From: an uncultured Gammaproteobacteria bacterium
GTDB taxonomy: Bacteria; Patescibacteriota; Patescibacteriia; UBA9934; CAZDDW01
DNA length: 64,000 nt
Direction: 5' to 3'
NCBI GenBank assembly: GCA_965231015.1
Contig: OZ246408.1
Coordinates: 481,237 to 545,236 of the forward strand
A program made the position numbers and the translations under genes. This document shows positions 1-8,736 of this stretch, piece by piece (positions within the stretch are counted from its first letter, which is position 1; each line of letters begins with the position of its first letter). The notes under the pieces were generated by a model. The model searched no databases. It had not been told where the DNA came from and saw only the letters and a program-made list of their open reading frames with translations.

Positions 1-1
1 T

Positions 2-469
2 ACGGTCACACCACTTTATATTGGCATCGTAAGTGCGATTGTTAACACTCTGGCGGCTCTCTTGTTCTCGCGTGAGTTTGGGGTGGCCGGTCTTGGCATG
101 GCCTATTCGTTGTGGGCAGTGGTGCACATGTCTTTGCTTTGGGTAATGTTGCGCAATCGAGTGGGGAGTTTAGGGGAAGCAAGTATTATAAAATCAGTTT
201 ATGTGATTTCAGTTGCCGGGGTGGCCGCCGCAGTGATTATGCAGCTTGTCAAAACTCAGTTTGGTATTTTGCTCGAGCTCGATACTTTCTGGTCAGTGCT
301 TGCGCAAGGGGCTGCGGCCGGATTAGCTGGACTCGCTGTGTATGTGGCAGTATGTTGGGTCTTACATAGTCCTGAATTAAAAGAGGTTATTGAAGGATTA
401 AAAATCCGGTTACTTAGAAAAGCCGTTATTGAGTCACCAATCACCGAAGCTGGCGGCGGTACTGAATAA
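2..469 (+). CDS. murJ: Lipid II flippase MurJ, C-terminal part (5' truncated by window)
   Basis: Open frame from base 2 (TVTPLYIGIVSAIVN..., FGVAGLGMAYS) with multiple TM helices, typical of the MurJ/MviN C-terminus. Confidence 0.75.
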   Translation, partial: TVTPLYIGIVSAIVNTLAALLFSREFGVAGLGMAYSLWAVVHMSLLWVMLRNRVGSLGEASIIKSVYVISVAGVAAAVIMQLVKTQFGILLELDTFWSVLAQGAAAGLAGLAVYVAVCWVLHSPELKEVIEGLKIRLLRKAVIESPITEAGGGTE

Positions 470-507
470 GTTGATTTAAATGATTTTTTTGTTAAACTGC
501 AATTGTT

Positions 508-2343
508 ATGACAACCAATGAATTACGGCAAAAATACCTGGATTATTTTAGGGCGTTTAACCATAAGGTGGTGCCGTCGTCTTCTTTGATTCCGGAAAAT
601 GATTCCACGACTTTGTTTACCAGCGCTGGTATGCAACCCATGATGCCGTACTTGCTCGGAGAATCGCATCCAAAGGGGAATCGTATAGCAGACTCCCAAA
701 AGTGTTTTCGTACCCAAGATATCGACGAAATAGGGGACAATCGGCACACTACATTTTTTGAAATGCTTGGAAATTGGTCATTTGGTGACTATTTTAAAGC
801 CGAACAGATTCCATGGGTGTTTGATTTTGTGGTGAACACGCTTGGACTTGATCCGTCTCGTCTTTACGTCACTTGTTACGAAGGAAATGATTCAATAGGG
901 ATTCCAAAGGATACTGAAGCTTTTGATTTATGGGTTGAGCAGTATCAAAAAGTTGGAATTGAAGCCAAAGAAAACGAACGAATTTATTTTTACGGGGACG
1001 ACAAAAACTGGTGGTCGCGCTCTGGTGTCTCAAGCAAGATGCCGGAAGGCGAACCTGGTGGACCGGATTCGGAAATGTTCTGGGACTTTGATCCAAATAA
1101 TGAACTGAAGCTGCACGAGAATTCTGAATGGGCAAATGAACCTTGTCACCCAAACTGTGATTGTGGTCGTTTTTTAGAGATTGGTAATTCAGTATTCATG
1201 CAGTATATGAAGACGGCAGATAGTTTTGAACCGCTCACGAATCAAAATATCGACTTTGGTGGAGGGTTAGAGCGCATGGTGGCGGCAGTAAACGATGATC
1301 CTGACATCTTTAACATTGATGTGTTTTCTGGCGTTAAAAAAGAGCTCGAACAATTATCCGGCCAGAAATATCTTGATGGGGAAGAGGATATGTTAGGAAT
1401 GCGGGTAATCATGGATCATTTGCGCGCGGCCACATTTTTAATTGGCGACGGGGCCTATCCATCTAACAAAGATCAAGGTTACTTTACACGTCGCTTGATT
1501 CGTCGCGCTGTGCGTTATGGGTCACAAATCGGAATCAAGGGTCAATTCACAACCAAACTTGCCGAGCTGTACATCGAAGTATATCGGAACACGTATCCAA
1601 ATTTACTCGAGCACAAGCAAAAAATCTTGGACGAGCTTGAAAAAGAAGAAAACAAGTTTATGAAAACCCTTGCTCGAGGTCTTAAGGAGCTAGACAAAGG
1701 ACTCGATGGTAACCTTGGTGAGCAAGCTTTTTATTATTTTGAGTCACATGGTTTTCCATTAGAGTTGTTCTTAGAAGAACTTGAGCGTCGAAATATTAAG
1801 CATGATAAGAAAAAGATTGAGTCAACTTTTAATGATTGGTTCAAGGCTCATCAGGAGATTTCTCGTGCCGGGGCAGAGCAGAAGTTTAAGGGCGGACTAG
1901 CTGATACTGGAGAAATGAGTATTAAGTATCACACAGCCACGCACTTGTTGCACGAGGCCTTGCGCCGAGTTCTGGGGAATCATGTTGAACAAAAGGGGAG
2001 CAATATCACAGAGAAGAGACTTCGATTTGATTTTTCGCATCCAGACAAAATGACGGATAAACAAACAGCCGAGGTCGAAAAAATGGTAAACGAGGTGATA
2101 GATCAGGATCTTGAAGTGGTTCAAGAAGAGGTGACCCTGGATGAGGCTAAAAAAGCTGGGGCAATCGGGTTGTTTGATGATAAATATGGTGATAAGGTTA
2201 AGGTGTACACCATAGGAAATTTTTCAAAGGAAATTTGTGGCGGTCCACATGTGGCTCGGACCGGGGAACTTGGTACATTTATAATCAAAAAGGAACAAGC
2301 TAGTTCTGCTGGAGTGAGACGTATTAAAGCAGTACTGGAATAA
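508..2343 (+). CDS. alaS: Alanyl-tRNA synthetase (short form, no C-Ala domain)
   Basis: LFTSAGMQP, RHTTFFEMLGNWSFGDYFK, and editing motifs HTATHLL and EICGGPHV. Confidence 0.97.
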   Translation: MTTNELRQKYLDYFRAFNHKVVPSSSLIPENDSTTLFTSAGMQPMMPYLLGESHPKGNRIADSQKCFRTQDIDEIGDNRHTTFFEMLGNWSFGDYFKAEQIPWVFDFVVNTLGLDPSRLYVTCYEGNDSIGIPKDTEAFDLWVEQYQKVGIEAKENERIYFYGDDKNWWSRSGVSSKMPEGEPGGPDSEMFWDFDPNNELKLHENSEWANEPCHPNCDCGRFLEIGNSVFMQYMKTADSFEPLTNQNIDFGGGLERMVAAVNDDPDIFNIDVFSGVKKELEQLSGQKYLDGEEDMLGMRVIMDHLRAATFLIGDGAYPSNKDQGYFTRRLIRRAVRYGSQIGIKGQFTTKLAELYIEVYRNTYPNLLEHKQKILDELEKEENKFMKTLARGLKELDKGLDGNLGEQAFYYFESHGFPLELFLEELERRNIKHDKKKIESTFNDWFKAHQEISRAGAEQKFKGGLADTGEMSIKYHTATHLLHEALRRVLGNHVEQKGSNITEKRLRFDFSHPDKMTDKQTAEVEKMVNEVIDQDLEVVQEEVTLDEAKKAGAIGLFDDKYGDKVKVYTIGNFSKEICGGPHVARTGELGTFIIKKEQASSAGVRRIKAVLE

Positions 2344-2384
2344 TTGGCTAAAATTAGCCATGTTTAATATCCACACTATAAAAC

Positions 2385-2471
2385 TTGACAGAAATTCTAA
2401 ATAAGCTTAAAATAGGCGCGCCCTTAAATATCCACATAGGGCTTGCTATTTTTTAGCTTATTTGATAGAAT
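2385..2471 (+). promoter_or_regulatory. Tandem sigma70-type promoters upstream of the infA/alpha operon
   Basis: TTGACA-17-TAAAAT (2385-2413) and TTGCTA-17-TAGAAT (2443-2471). Confidence 0.7.
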
Positions 2472-2481
2472 TTCGGCACTT

Positions 2482-2706
2482 ATGGCCGAAAAACAAAGCA
2501 AAGAATTTATTGAAGCACGGGGTACTGTGGAGGAGCTCTTACCCTCAACTAACTTCAAAGTTCGGTTGGAAAATGGGCAGGAAGCCAAAGCTCATCTTTC
2601 CGGAAAAATGCGAAAGTTTCGCATCCGAATTTCAGTTGGAGATGAGGTAAAAGTGGAGTTGTCTCCCTACGATCTGACTCGTGGACGCATTGTCTTCCGA
2701 TTCTGA
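2482..2706 (+). CDS. infA: Translation initiation factor IF-1
   Basis: [36 protein letters not shown]; ATG at 2482. Confidence 0.97.
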   Translation: MAEKQSKEFIEARGTVEELLPSTNFKVRLENGQEAKAHLSGKMRKFRIRISVGDEVKVELSPYDLTRGRIVFRF

Positions 2707-2735
2707 TTCGTACTACCGCGTGAATAACTTTATTT

Positions 2736-2849
2736 ATGAAAGTTCGTGCATCTGTAAAAAAGCGATGTCGTGATTGTAAAGTAATCCGTCGGCACGGACG
2801 AGTTGTTGTGGTTTGTAAAAACCCTCGACATAAACAGCGTCAAGGATAA
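2736..2849 (+). CDS. rpmJ: 50S ribosomal protein L36 (absent from ORF track)
   Basis: Translates to [37 protein letters not shown], between infA and rpsM. Confidence 0.97.
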   Translation: MKVRASVKKRCRDCKVIRRHGRVVVVCKNPRHKQRQG

Positions 2850-2851
2850 CT

Positions 2852-3238
2852 ATGGCACGTATCGCCGGTGTAACACTTCCAGCCGATAAACGAATCGTGA
2901 TTGCCCTCACGTATATTTATGGTATTGGATCGACCCGATCAAAGAAAATTTTAAAGGAAGCAAAAGTTGATGAAAGTGTTCGAACCAAAGATTTAACCGG
3001 AGAGCAGGAAACAGCAATTAGAAATGTTTTAGAGAAAACTTATCGTGTTGAAGGTGAACTTCGGCGCGATGTTTTACAAGATGTTAAACGATTAAAAGAG
3101 ATCGGTTGTTACCGGGGTGACCGTCACACCAAAAATCTGCCTTCCCGTGGCCAGCGAACCAAAACCAATTCACGAACTCGCCGCGGAAACAAACGGCAGA
3201 CTATGGGAAGTGGACGCCGTGCTCTTACTAAGACCTAA
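2852..3238 (+). CDS. rpsM: 30S ribosomal protein S13
   Basis: [27 protein letters not shown]. Confidence 0.98.
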   Translation: MARIAGVTLPADKRIVIALTYIYGIGSTRSKKILKEAKVDESVRTKDLTGEQETAIRNVLEKTYRVEGELRRDVLQDVKRLKEIGCYRGDRHTKNLPSRGQRTKTNSRTRRGNKRQTMGSGRRALTKT

Positions 3239-3240
3239 TT

Positions 3241-3636
3241 ATGGCTCAGAAAAAGCAGGTAAAAAGCAAAAAGAAAAAAGCTGTACGGCACGTTTCACAA
3301 GGACGCGCTTACATTCAGGCTACTTATAACAACACTATCGTGACTTTGACTGACTTGAACGGTAATACGCTCGCTTGGTCAAGTGCAGGGAAGTGTGGTT
3401 TTAAGGGTCCGAAAAAAGCAACCCCGTATGCTGCTAGTGTGATCGTAAAAAATGCCGCTGAAATGGTGGCGGACAGTGGCCTGCGGGATGTATTTGTTTA
3501 TGTAAAGGGAGTTGGATCAGGACGTGATTCAGCTGTTCGTTCTCTTAACGCAAATGGATTTAATGTAACCGGAATTCAGGATATGACCCCGATTCCGCAT
3601 AATGGGTGCCGTCCACCGGGACCACGACGAGTATAA
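3241..3636 (+). CDS. rpsK: 30S ribosomal protein S11
   Basis: ATYNNTIVT, KKATPYAA, DMTPIPHNGCRPP. Confidence 0.98.
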   Translation: MAQKKQVKSKKKKAVRHVSQGRAYIQATYNNTIVTLTDLNGNTLAWSSAGKCGFKGPKKATPYAASVIVKNAAEMVADSGLRDVFVYVKGVGSGRDSAVRSLNANGFNVTGIQDMTPIPHNGCRPPGPRRV

Positions 3637-3638
3637 AT

Positions 3639-4250
3639 ATGGGACGAACAATGATGCCAACTTGTAAGATGTGTCGACGCGAAGGTGTTTCGCTTTGTGG
3701 TCGGGAAAAGTGTGCCGTAAAGCGTCGTTCTTTTACACCGGGTCAGCACGGTCCGGGGCGACGACCACGATTGACCCCCTACGGACAGCAGCTGCGAGAA
3801 AAGCAAAAAGCCAAGCGTTTTTATAACGTAATGGAGCGTCAGTTTAGAAATTATTTTGCTAAGGCTAACAGCATGAAAGGGAATACCGGTGAGTTGCTGG
3901 TTCGCATGTTGGAAATTCGCCTGGACAACGTGGTTTATCGACTCGGTTTTGCCAGCACTCGTCGGCAAGCACGTCAGATGGTCAACCATGCCATGTTTGA
4001 GGTGAATGGACAAAAGGTAGATATTCCTTCCTATCAAGTAAAAATCGGTGACACTATCAACATTCGAGCGAACAAAGTCGACAAAAAAGTGTTCGAAGGT
4101 CTTCAGGAGCGACTGGCTAAGCTAGAGGCTCCTTCTTGGCTTCACATGGACGCCAAAGCTCTGTCAGGTAAAGTTACATCTTTGCCAGAAGGTGAGGACC
4201 TAAAACAAGTCTTTGATACCAAACTAATCGTTGAGTTTTATTCACGATAA
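3639..4250 (+). CDS. rpsD: 30S ribosomal protein S4
   Basis: CKMCRREG, QLREKQK, LEIRLDNVVYRLG, IVEFYSR; ATG at 3639. Confidence 0.97.
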   Translation: MGRTMMPTCKMCRREGVSLCGREKCAVKRRSFTPGQHGPGRRPRLTPYGQQLREKQKAKRFYNVMERQFRNYFAKANSMKGNTGELLVRMLEIRLDNVVYRLGFASTRRQARQMVNHAMFEVNGQKVDIPSYQVKIGDTINIRANKVDKKVFEGLQERLAKLEAPSWLHMDAKALSGKVTSLPEGEDLKQVFDTKLIVEFYSR

Positions 4251-4255
4251 TTTTT

Positions 4256-5041
4256 ATGGAGAATATTCTTCTACCCTCCAAAATTAATTTCGAGCCTGGA
4301 AGCCACGAATATGAGGCTAATCTCGTGGTTGAACCGTGCTACTACGGCTACGGTACCACGCTCGGAAATGCCCTGCGCAGAGTTTTGCTCTCATCCCTGC
4401 CAGGTGCGGCTGTTACGGCCGTCAAGATCAAAGGCGTCACCCACGAATTTTCATCTTTGGAAAACGTTAAGGAGGACGTTTTAGAAATTATTCTTAATAT
4501 AAAGGCTTTGCGCATGAAGGTTCACGTTGATGAACCGGTTAAGTTGACCCTGAAGAAAAAGGGTACCGGCGATGTGTTAGCCAAAGACATTGATGCTAAC
4601 GCCGATGTCGAGATTGTTAATCCTGAGACAAAAATTGCTACGATCACAGATGACAATTTTGAATTTGAAATGGATCTTATTGTTGAGCGAGGGCGTGGTT
4701 TTCGTCCTACAGAGGATCGCAAGAGTGAAGGTGAGTTGGGACTGATTGCGGTTGATGCTGTATTTTCACCGGTTCGTAATGTGGCCTATAAAGTTGAGGC
4801 TACTCGTGTGGGTGAGATTACGAACTTTGATAAGTTGGTGATGACTATTGAAACCGATGGTACTATCACACCTCAGGAAGCTGTAGAAGAGTCAGGAAAA
4901 ATTTTGATGGATTATTTCAGCTTGATTTCACCGGGTAGTTTTGGTTCAGATGATGCGGAAGATACCCAAGAGGCAGAAGGGCCCGTTGAAGAAACAGGTG
5001 AATCCACTATAGAAGATGAGCCTGAAGAAGATAAAAAATAA
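4256..5041 (+). CDS. rpoA: RNA polymerase alpha subunit (NTD plus acidic tail, no alpha-CTD)
   Basis: GYGTTLGNALRRVLLSSLPG, VDAVFSPV; only 261 aa. Confidence 0.97.
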   Translation: MENILLPSKINFEPGSHEYEANLVVEPCYYGYGTTLGNALRRVLLSSLPGAAVTAVKIKGVTHEFSSLENVKEDVLEIILNIKALRMKVHVDEPVKLTLKKKGTGDVLAKDIDANADVEIVNPETKIATITDDNFEFEMDLIVERGRGFRPTEDRKSEGELGLIAVDAVFSPVRNVAYKVEATRVGEITNFDKLVMTIETDGTITPQEAVEESGKILMDYFSLISPGSFGSDDAEDTQEAEGPVEETGESTIEDEPEEDKK

Positions 5042-5047
5042 ATTATT

Positions 5048-5398
5048 ATGCGTCATCGTAACAAGACAAAAACATTAGGACGAGTAAAAGCTTCTCGCGA
5101 AGCTATGCTTAGTGCGTTGGCGCAAAATATTATTCTTTACGAAAAAGTAAAGACCACTGAGGCAAAGGCCAAGGTTGTTCGGTCAATCGTGGAAAAGATG
5201 ATCACCACTGCAAAAGCAGGGGATCTGAATGCTCGACGAAAGTTAATGAAAGACTTACGTGCTGAAGGGGCAGTGAAGAAGGCTTTGGAAGTTTTAGGAC
5301 CACGCTATAAGGATAGACAGGGTGGTTATACTAGAATTGTTAAACTTGGCACCCGGCAGGGCGATGGCGCTCCTATGGTGCAGATTGAACTTGTGTAA
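5048..5398 (+). CDS. rplQ: 50S ribosomal protein L17
   Basis: MRHR, TTEAKAK, GGYTRIVK. Confidence 0.97.
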   Translation: MRHRNKTKTLGRVKASREAMLSALAQNIILYEKVKTTEAKAKVVRSIVEKMITTAKAGDLNARRKLMKDLRAEGAVKKALEVLGPRYKDRQGGYTRIVKLGTRQGDGAPMVQIELV

Positions 5399-5399
5399 T

Positions 5400-5756
5400 A
5401 TGACTACCATTGATAGAACAACTCATAAGATTGATGCAACTGATAAAGCGGCCGGGCGTTTAGCCTCGGAAATTGCTCAGCTTCTGCTTGGGAAACACAA
5501 ACCGGAGTTTCAGCTCCACGTTGATATGGGAGATACAGTGGTGGTTGAGAATGTGAAGAAAATGAAGTTTACCGGCAAGAAGCTTGATCAGAAGGTATAT
5601 TACAAACACACTAATTATCCGGGCAGTCTTAGAGAAATTCCGGTTAAAAAAGTGATGGATGAAAATCCAGCCAAAGTACTTGAAATGGCGGTTAAGCGAA
5701 TGTTGCCGGATAATAAATTGCGCAAAAACCGCATGAAGCGTTTAATCATCAAATAA
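5400..5756 (+). CDS. rplM: 50S ribosomal protein L13 (C-terminally short, 118 aa)
   Basis: IDA...GRLASEIAQLLLGKHKP, MAVKRMLP; ATG at 5400. Confidence 0.95.
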   Translation: MTTIDRTTHKIDATDKAAGRLASEIAQLLLGKHKPEFQLHVDMGDTVVVENVKKMKFTGKKLDQKVYYKHTNYPGSLREIPVKKVMDENPAKVLEMAVKRMLPDNKLRKNRMKRLIIK

Positions 5757-5758
5757 TT

Positions 5759-6163
5759 ATGGCTGAAACAGTAAAAAAATACATTGAAGCAATTGGGCGA
5801 CGCAAGTCTGCAGTAGCTCGAGTTCGTTTGTTTGAGAAAGGGAAGGGAACTGTGATTGTGAATGAGAAAGACGCCAAGGAATTTTTTCCAGTAGATGAGC
5901 TGCAAGCCATGATGGTTGAACCGTTTACTGCGGTTGGACTGGAAGGAAAGTTTGATGTTTCTGCTAAAGTTTCTGGTGGTGGAATTCGTGGACAGGCTGA
6001 AAGTGTGCGACTCGGAATCGCCCGAGCGCTTGTAGAACGCGATCCGGAAATGCGAACCTCGCTTAAGAAACTTGGATATTTGAAGCGTGATCCACGATCA
6101 CGAGAGAGAAAGAAGTTCGGCTTGAAAGGTGCTCGACGAGCTCCACAGTGGAGCAAGCGATAA
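5759..6163 (+). CDS. rpsI: 30S ribosomal protein S9
   Basis: GRRKSAVARV, ERKKFGLKGARRAPQWSKR. Confidence 0.98.
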   Translation: MAETVKKYIEAIGRRKSAVARVRLFEKGKGTVIVNEKDAKEFFPVDELQAMMVEPFTAVGLEGKFDVSAKVSGGGIRGQAESVRLGIARALVERDPEMRTSLKKLGYLKRDPRSRERKKFGLKGARRAPQWSKR

Positions 6164-6179
6164 ATTCAGAATACAAAAC

Positions 6180-6205
6180 AGACCCCGTTCGGACGGGGTC
6201 TTTTG
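6180..6205 (+). terminator. Intrinsic terminator of the r-protein operon
   Basis: AGACCCCGT-TCGG-ACGGGGTCT followed by T-run. Confidence 0.85.
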
Positions 6206-6260
6206 GTCATCGAATAAATCTTCGGAGAACAACTATGTATTATCGTGTTATAATACAAAC

Positions 6261-6296
6261 GGGCAAATTTTTACGATCGTGAGATTCTGCCTGGAA
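6261..6296. repeat. 36-bp palindromic repeat upstream of PaaX/Cas2-like gene 1
   Basis: GGGCAAATTTTTACGATCGTGAGATTCTGCCTGGAA; 31/36 identical to 6828-6863; just downstream of TGTTATAAT (6246-6254). Confidence 0.85.
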
Positions 6297-6315
6297 ATGT
6301 TAATTGAATAAGAAT

Positions 6316-6813
6316 ATGTCGGAAACAATTGAAATGTTGAAGGATTTAATGCATATGACTGGAGTTGCATTATCGTCCGGTCGGCATATGCCTTCGACCT
6401 CGATTCTCAGCAGGGCTTCCTATGAGGAAATAATGGAGAAAAGGAAGCTTTATGAGTCAAGAAAATTACTAAAACGATTAAAGGATCAGAAGTTGTTAAA
6501 GATAAAAGAAAAGGGGAATAGAATAATCGTTTCAATTACAGATAAGGGAAAATACAGATTACTCAAAAGTGATGTTTTGTACGGTGCCGAGTTCCTTTCA
6601 GGGTATAAGGTGTGTCTTGTTAGTTTCGATATACCAGAACATGTCCGGGCTAGCCGTGATGTGTTGCGAGCTTTTTTAAAAGAGGCGGATTTCGAGCAGG
6701 TGCACAGAAGTGTTTGGAGGACAAAATATGACGTTGTTAAACCATTAAAAGAATTGATTGATAATCTCGGAATAGGAGATTGGGTTAAGGTTTATGTAGC
6801 TAACGAGGTTTGA
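6316..6813 (+). CDS. PaaX-like wHTH + Cas2/VapD-like ferredoxin-fold protein (paralog 1)
   Basis: Wing motif SITDKGK, then LVSFDIPE...R..LR.FLKEADF..VHRSVW. Confidence 0.75.
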   Translation: MSETIEMLKDLMHMTGVALSSGRHMPSTSILSRASYEEIMEKRKLYESRKLLKRLKDQKLLKIKEKGNRIIVSITDKGKYRLLKSDVLYGAEFLSGYKVCLVSFDIPEHVRASRDVLRAFLKEADFEQVHRSVWRTKYDVVKPLKELIDNLGIGDWVKVYVANEV

Positions 6814-6827
6814 TTAGTGATAGATCT

Positions 6828-6863
6828 GGGCAAAATATTACGATCGTGAATTTTTGCCTGGAA
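6828..6863. repeat. 36-bp palindromic repeat downstream of PaaX/Cas2-like gene 1
   Basis: GGGCAAAATATTACGATCGTGAATTTTTGCCTGGAA; near-perfect palindrome centred on CGATCG. Confidence 0.85.
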
Positions 6864-6982
6864 TCTGTTTAGTATTTATCTGGTCTTTAGGTATTCTAGT
6901 AAAGAATATAAAAAATAAAAACACTGAACCTCGCATGAGTGGTGCGGGGTAGTTGGCCGGGAAGGTCTAGTTGGTGACGGGA

Positions 6983-7240
6983 TTATTGTTGGAGAACAAA
7001 CCGATCACATGCAGGATGTTTGTCGGCCTGTTGAGAGGCACCTTGATCGGTTCGCCCTTGATATAGAACCATTCCTCCACATGCGTTTGCCTTCTTGATC
7101 CACCCGAAGTTATTGGTTTCCGGCTGCCTGTCACGATGCCAGTCGTGCTTCCAGGAGTTATGTTTGTCAGTCAGAGCTTGGTGGAGCCTCTCCAGCTGAT
7201 CCGCACAGAGTTCCAATTTGTCAAGGTTGTCCCTCGACAA
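6983..7240 (-). CDS. Hypothetical protein or gene fragment
   Basis: 85-aa ORF filling an otherwise intergenic gap; non-ATG start, no recognised motif. Confidence 0.3.
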   Translation of the reverse strand: MSRDNLDKLELCADQLERLHQALTDKHNSWKHDWHRDRQPETNNFGWIKKANACGGMVLYQGRTDQGASQQADKHPACDRFVLQQ

Positions 7241-7263
7241 TTAGCCCAAAAATAAGGTAAAAT

Positions 7264-8736
7264 ATGGTCATGTCTGAAGGGAATATTGCTAAAAATACAC
7301 TGTATTTAACCATTGCATCAGTAGGTCAAAAGGTGCTCGCTTTTGTTTATTTCATGTTCATTGCTCGTGTAATGGGTGTGGAAGGGACCGGAGCTTACTT
7401 TTTAGCCCTCTCAATCACCACTATTTTTTCTGTGGTGGCTGACTTTGGACTACAGCCGGTGCTGGTTCGGGAAATTGCCAAAGGGCGGGATGCGGACGGC
7501 ATGATTAAATCGATTTTGGGTGCCAAGATCGGTTTTGTTTTATTGGGGGCGCTGGCCGCTAATGCAACTGCTTGGGTGCTCGGATACAGTCCACTTGTTC
7601 TCGGGCTGGTGGCGTTGGCGTCGCTCGTTATGATTCTTGATTCACTTCACCTGACTTTCTATGGAATTCTCCGCGGTAAACAGAAGTTGCAGTATGAGTC
7701 ACTCGGCGTGTTCATTGGCCAGTTGTTGATTCTCGTTACTGGAGGAGCTGTACTCATGCTCGGACCATCGCTTTATTGGTTGATCGTGGCTTTGATGATG
7801 GGTTCTCTTTTCAATGTCGCTTATTCCTCAAGCCGAGTTGTAAAACACATCGGAACTAATGTCTTAGTCCCAACCTGGAATTGGACTTACACTAAACGCT
7901 TGCTCATAATCGCGCTGCCGTTTTTTCTAGCTGGTGCGTTCACCAAAGTCTATTCCTACATCGATACAGTTTTAATCTCGCAATATCACGGCGAGGCCGC
8001 AGTCGGTCTCTACTCAATTGCCTATAAGCTCACGTACTCGTTTCAGTTTTTACCGCTCGCGTTTGTGGCCGCATTGTACCCGGGTTTGAGCTCACTTCTT
8101 GTCACGGATAAGAAACGAGTGGCTGAAGTATTTGAAGACGCCATGTGGTACATGATGATTTTAGTGACTCCGATCGTGCTTGGAATCTGGAGTATTGCGC
8201 CTGAACTCGTGGTTGCTTTTGCAGGGTCTGAGTTCACAGGCTCGATCTTTCCACTTCAGGTCTTGATTTTCGTTCTTTTCTTCATCTTCCTAGATTTCCC
8301 AATTGGTTCACTCTTGAATGCTGCTGATCGACAGGGAACAAAAACCGCTATCATGGGAGCGACCATGGTAGTGAACGTGATTTTGAACTTTATCTTTGTG
8401 CCAACACATGGAGTGGTTGGAGCCTGTTATGCTGCACTTGGCAGCTTCTTTGTTTTATTTGCGGGTGGAATGTGTTTTGTTCCCCAGATTATTAAAATCA
8501 GTTTTTGGAGTTTAACTAAGCGATTAGCACCGATTTTACTATCCGGAATTATCATGGCTGTAACAGCATATTTTTTAAGTCAGTATTTACATTTTATTCT
8601 GGTGATTGGTGCGGCCGCAGTGGTATATTTTGCTCTATTGTTTACATTAAAAGCAGTTAATGTGGGACACGTTCGTCATGCCGCTCAACTAATAAAACCT
8701 GAAAAACATGAAACGAATCCTCCTCATAACGCCTGA
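7264..8736 (+). CDS. Wzx-type polysaccharide flippase (MOP family)
   Basis: IAKNTLYL, DFGLQPVLVREIA, IDTVLIS..GEAAVGLYSIAYKL; many TM helices. Confidence 0.9.
   Translation: MVMSEGNIAKNTLYLTIASVGQKVLAFVYFMFIARVMGVEGTGAYFLALSITTIFSVVADFGLQPVLVREIAKGRDADGMIKSILGAKIGFVLLGALAANATAWVLGYSPLVLGLVALASLVMILDSLHLTFYGILRGKQKLQYESLGVFIGQLLILVTGGAVLMLGPSLYWLIVALMMGSLFNVAYSSSRVVKHIGTNVLVPTWNWTYTKRLLIIALPFFLAGAFTKVYSYIDTVLISQYHGEAAVGLYSIAYKLTYSFQFLPLAFVAALYPGLSSLLVTDKKRVAEVFEDAMWYMMILVTPIVLGIWSIAPELVVAFAGSEFTGSIFPLQVLIFVLFFIFLDFPIGSLLNAADRQGTKTAIMGATMVVNVILNFIFVPTHGVVGACYAALGSFFVLFAGGMCFVPQIIKISFWSLTKRLAPILLSGIIMAVTAYFLSQYLHFILVIGAAAVVYFALLFTLKAVNVGHVRHAAQLIKPEKHETNPPHNA

Noticed and set aside
2482-2706. 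Alternative genetic code (UGA=Gly, as in Gracilibacteria)
   Set aside because: infA ends at TGA at its normal C-terminus, and long genes are uninterrupted under code 11.
6261-6863. Cas2-like gene with 36-bp repeats as a CRISPR locus
   Set aside because: Only two repeats, enclosing the gene itself, and no cas1 or effector genes.
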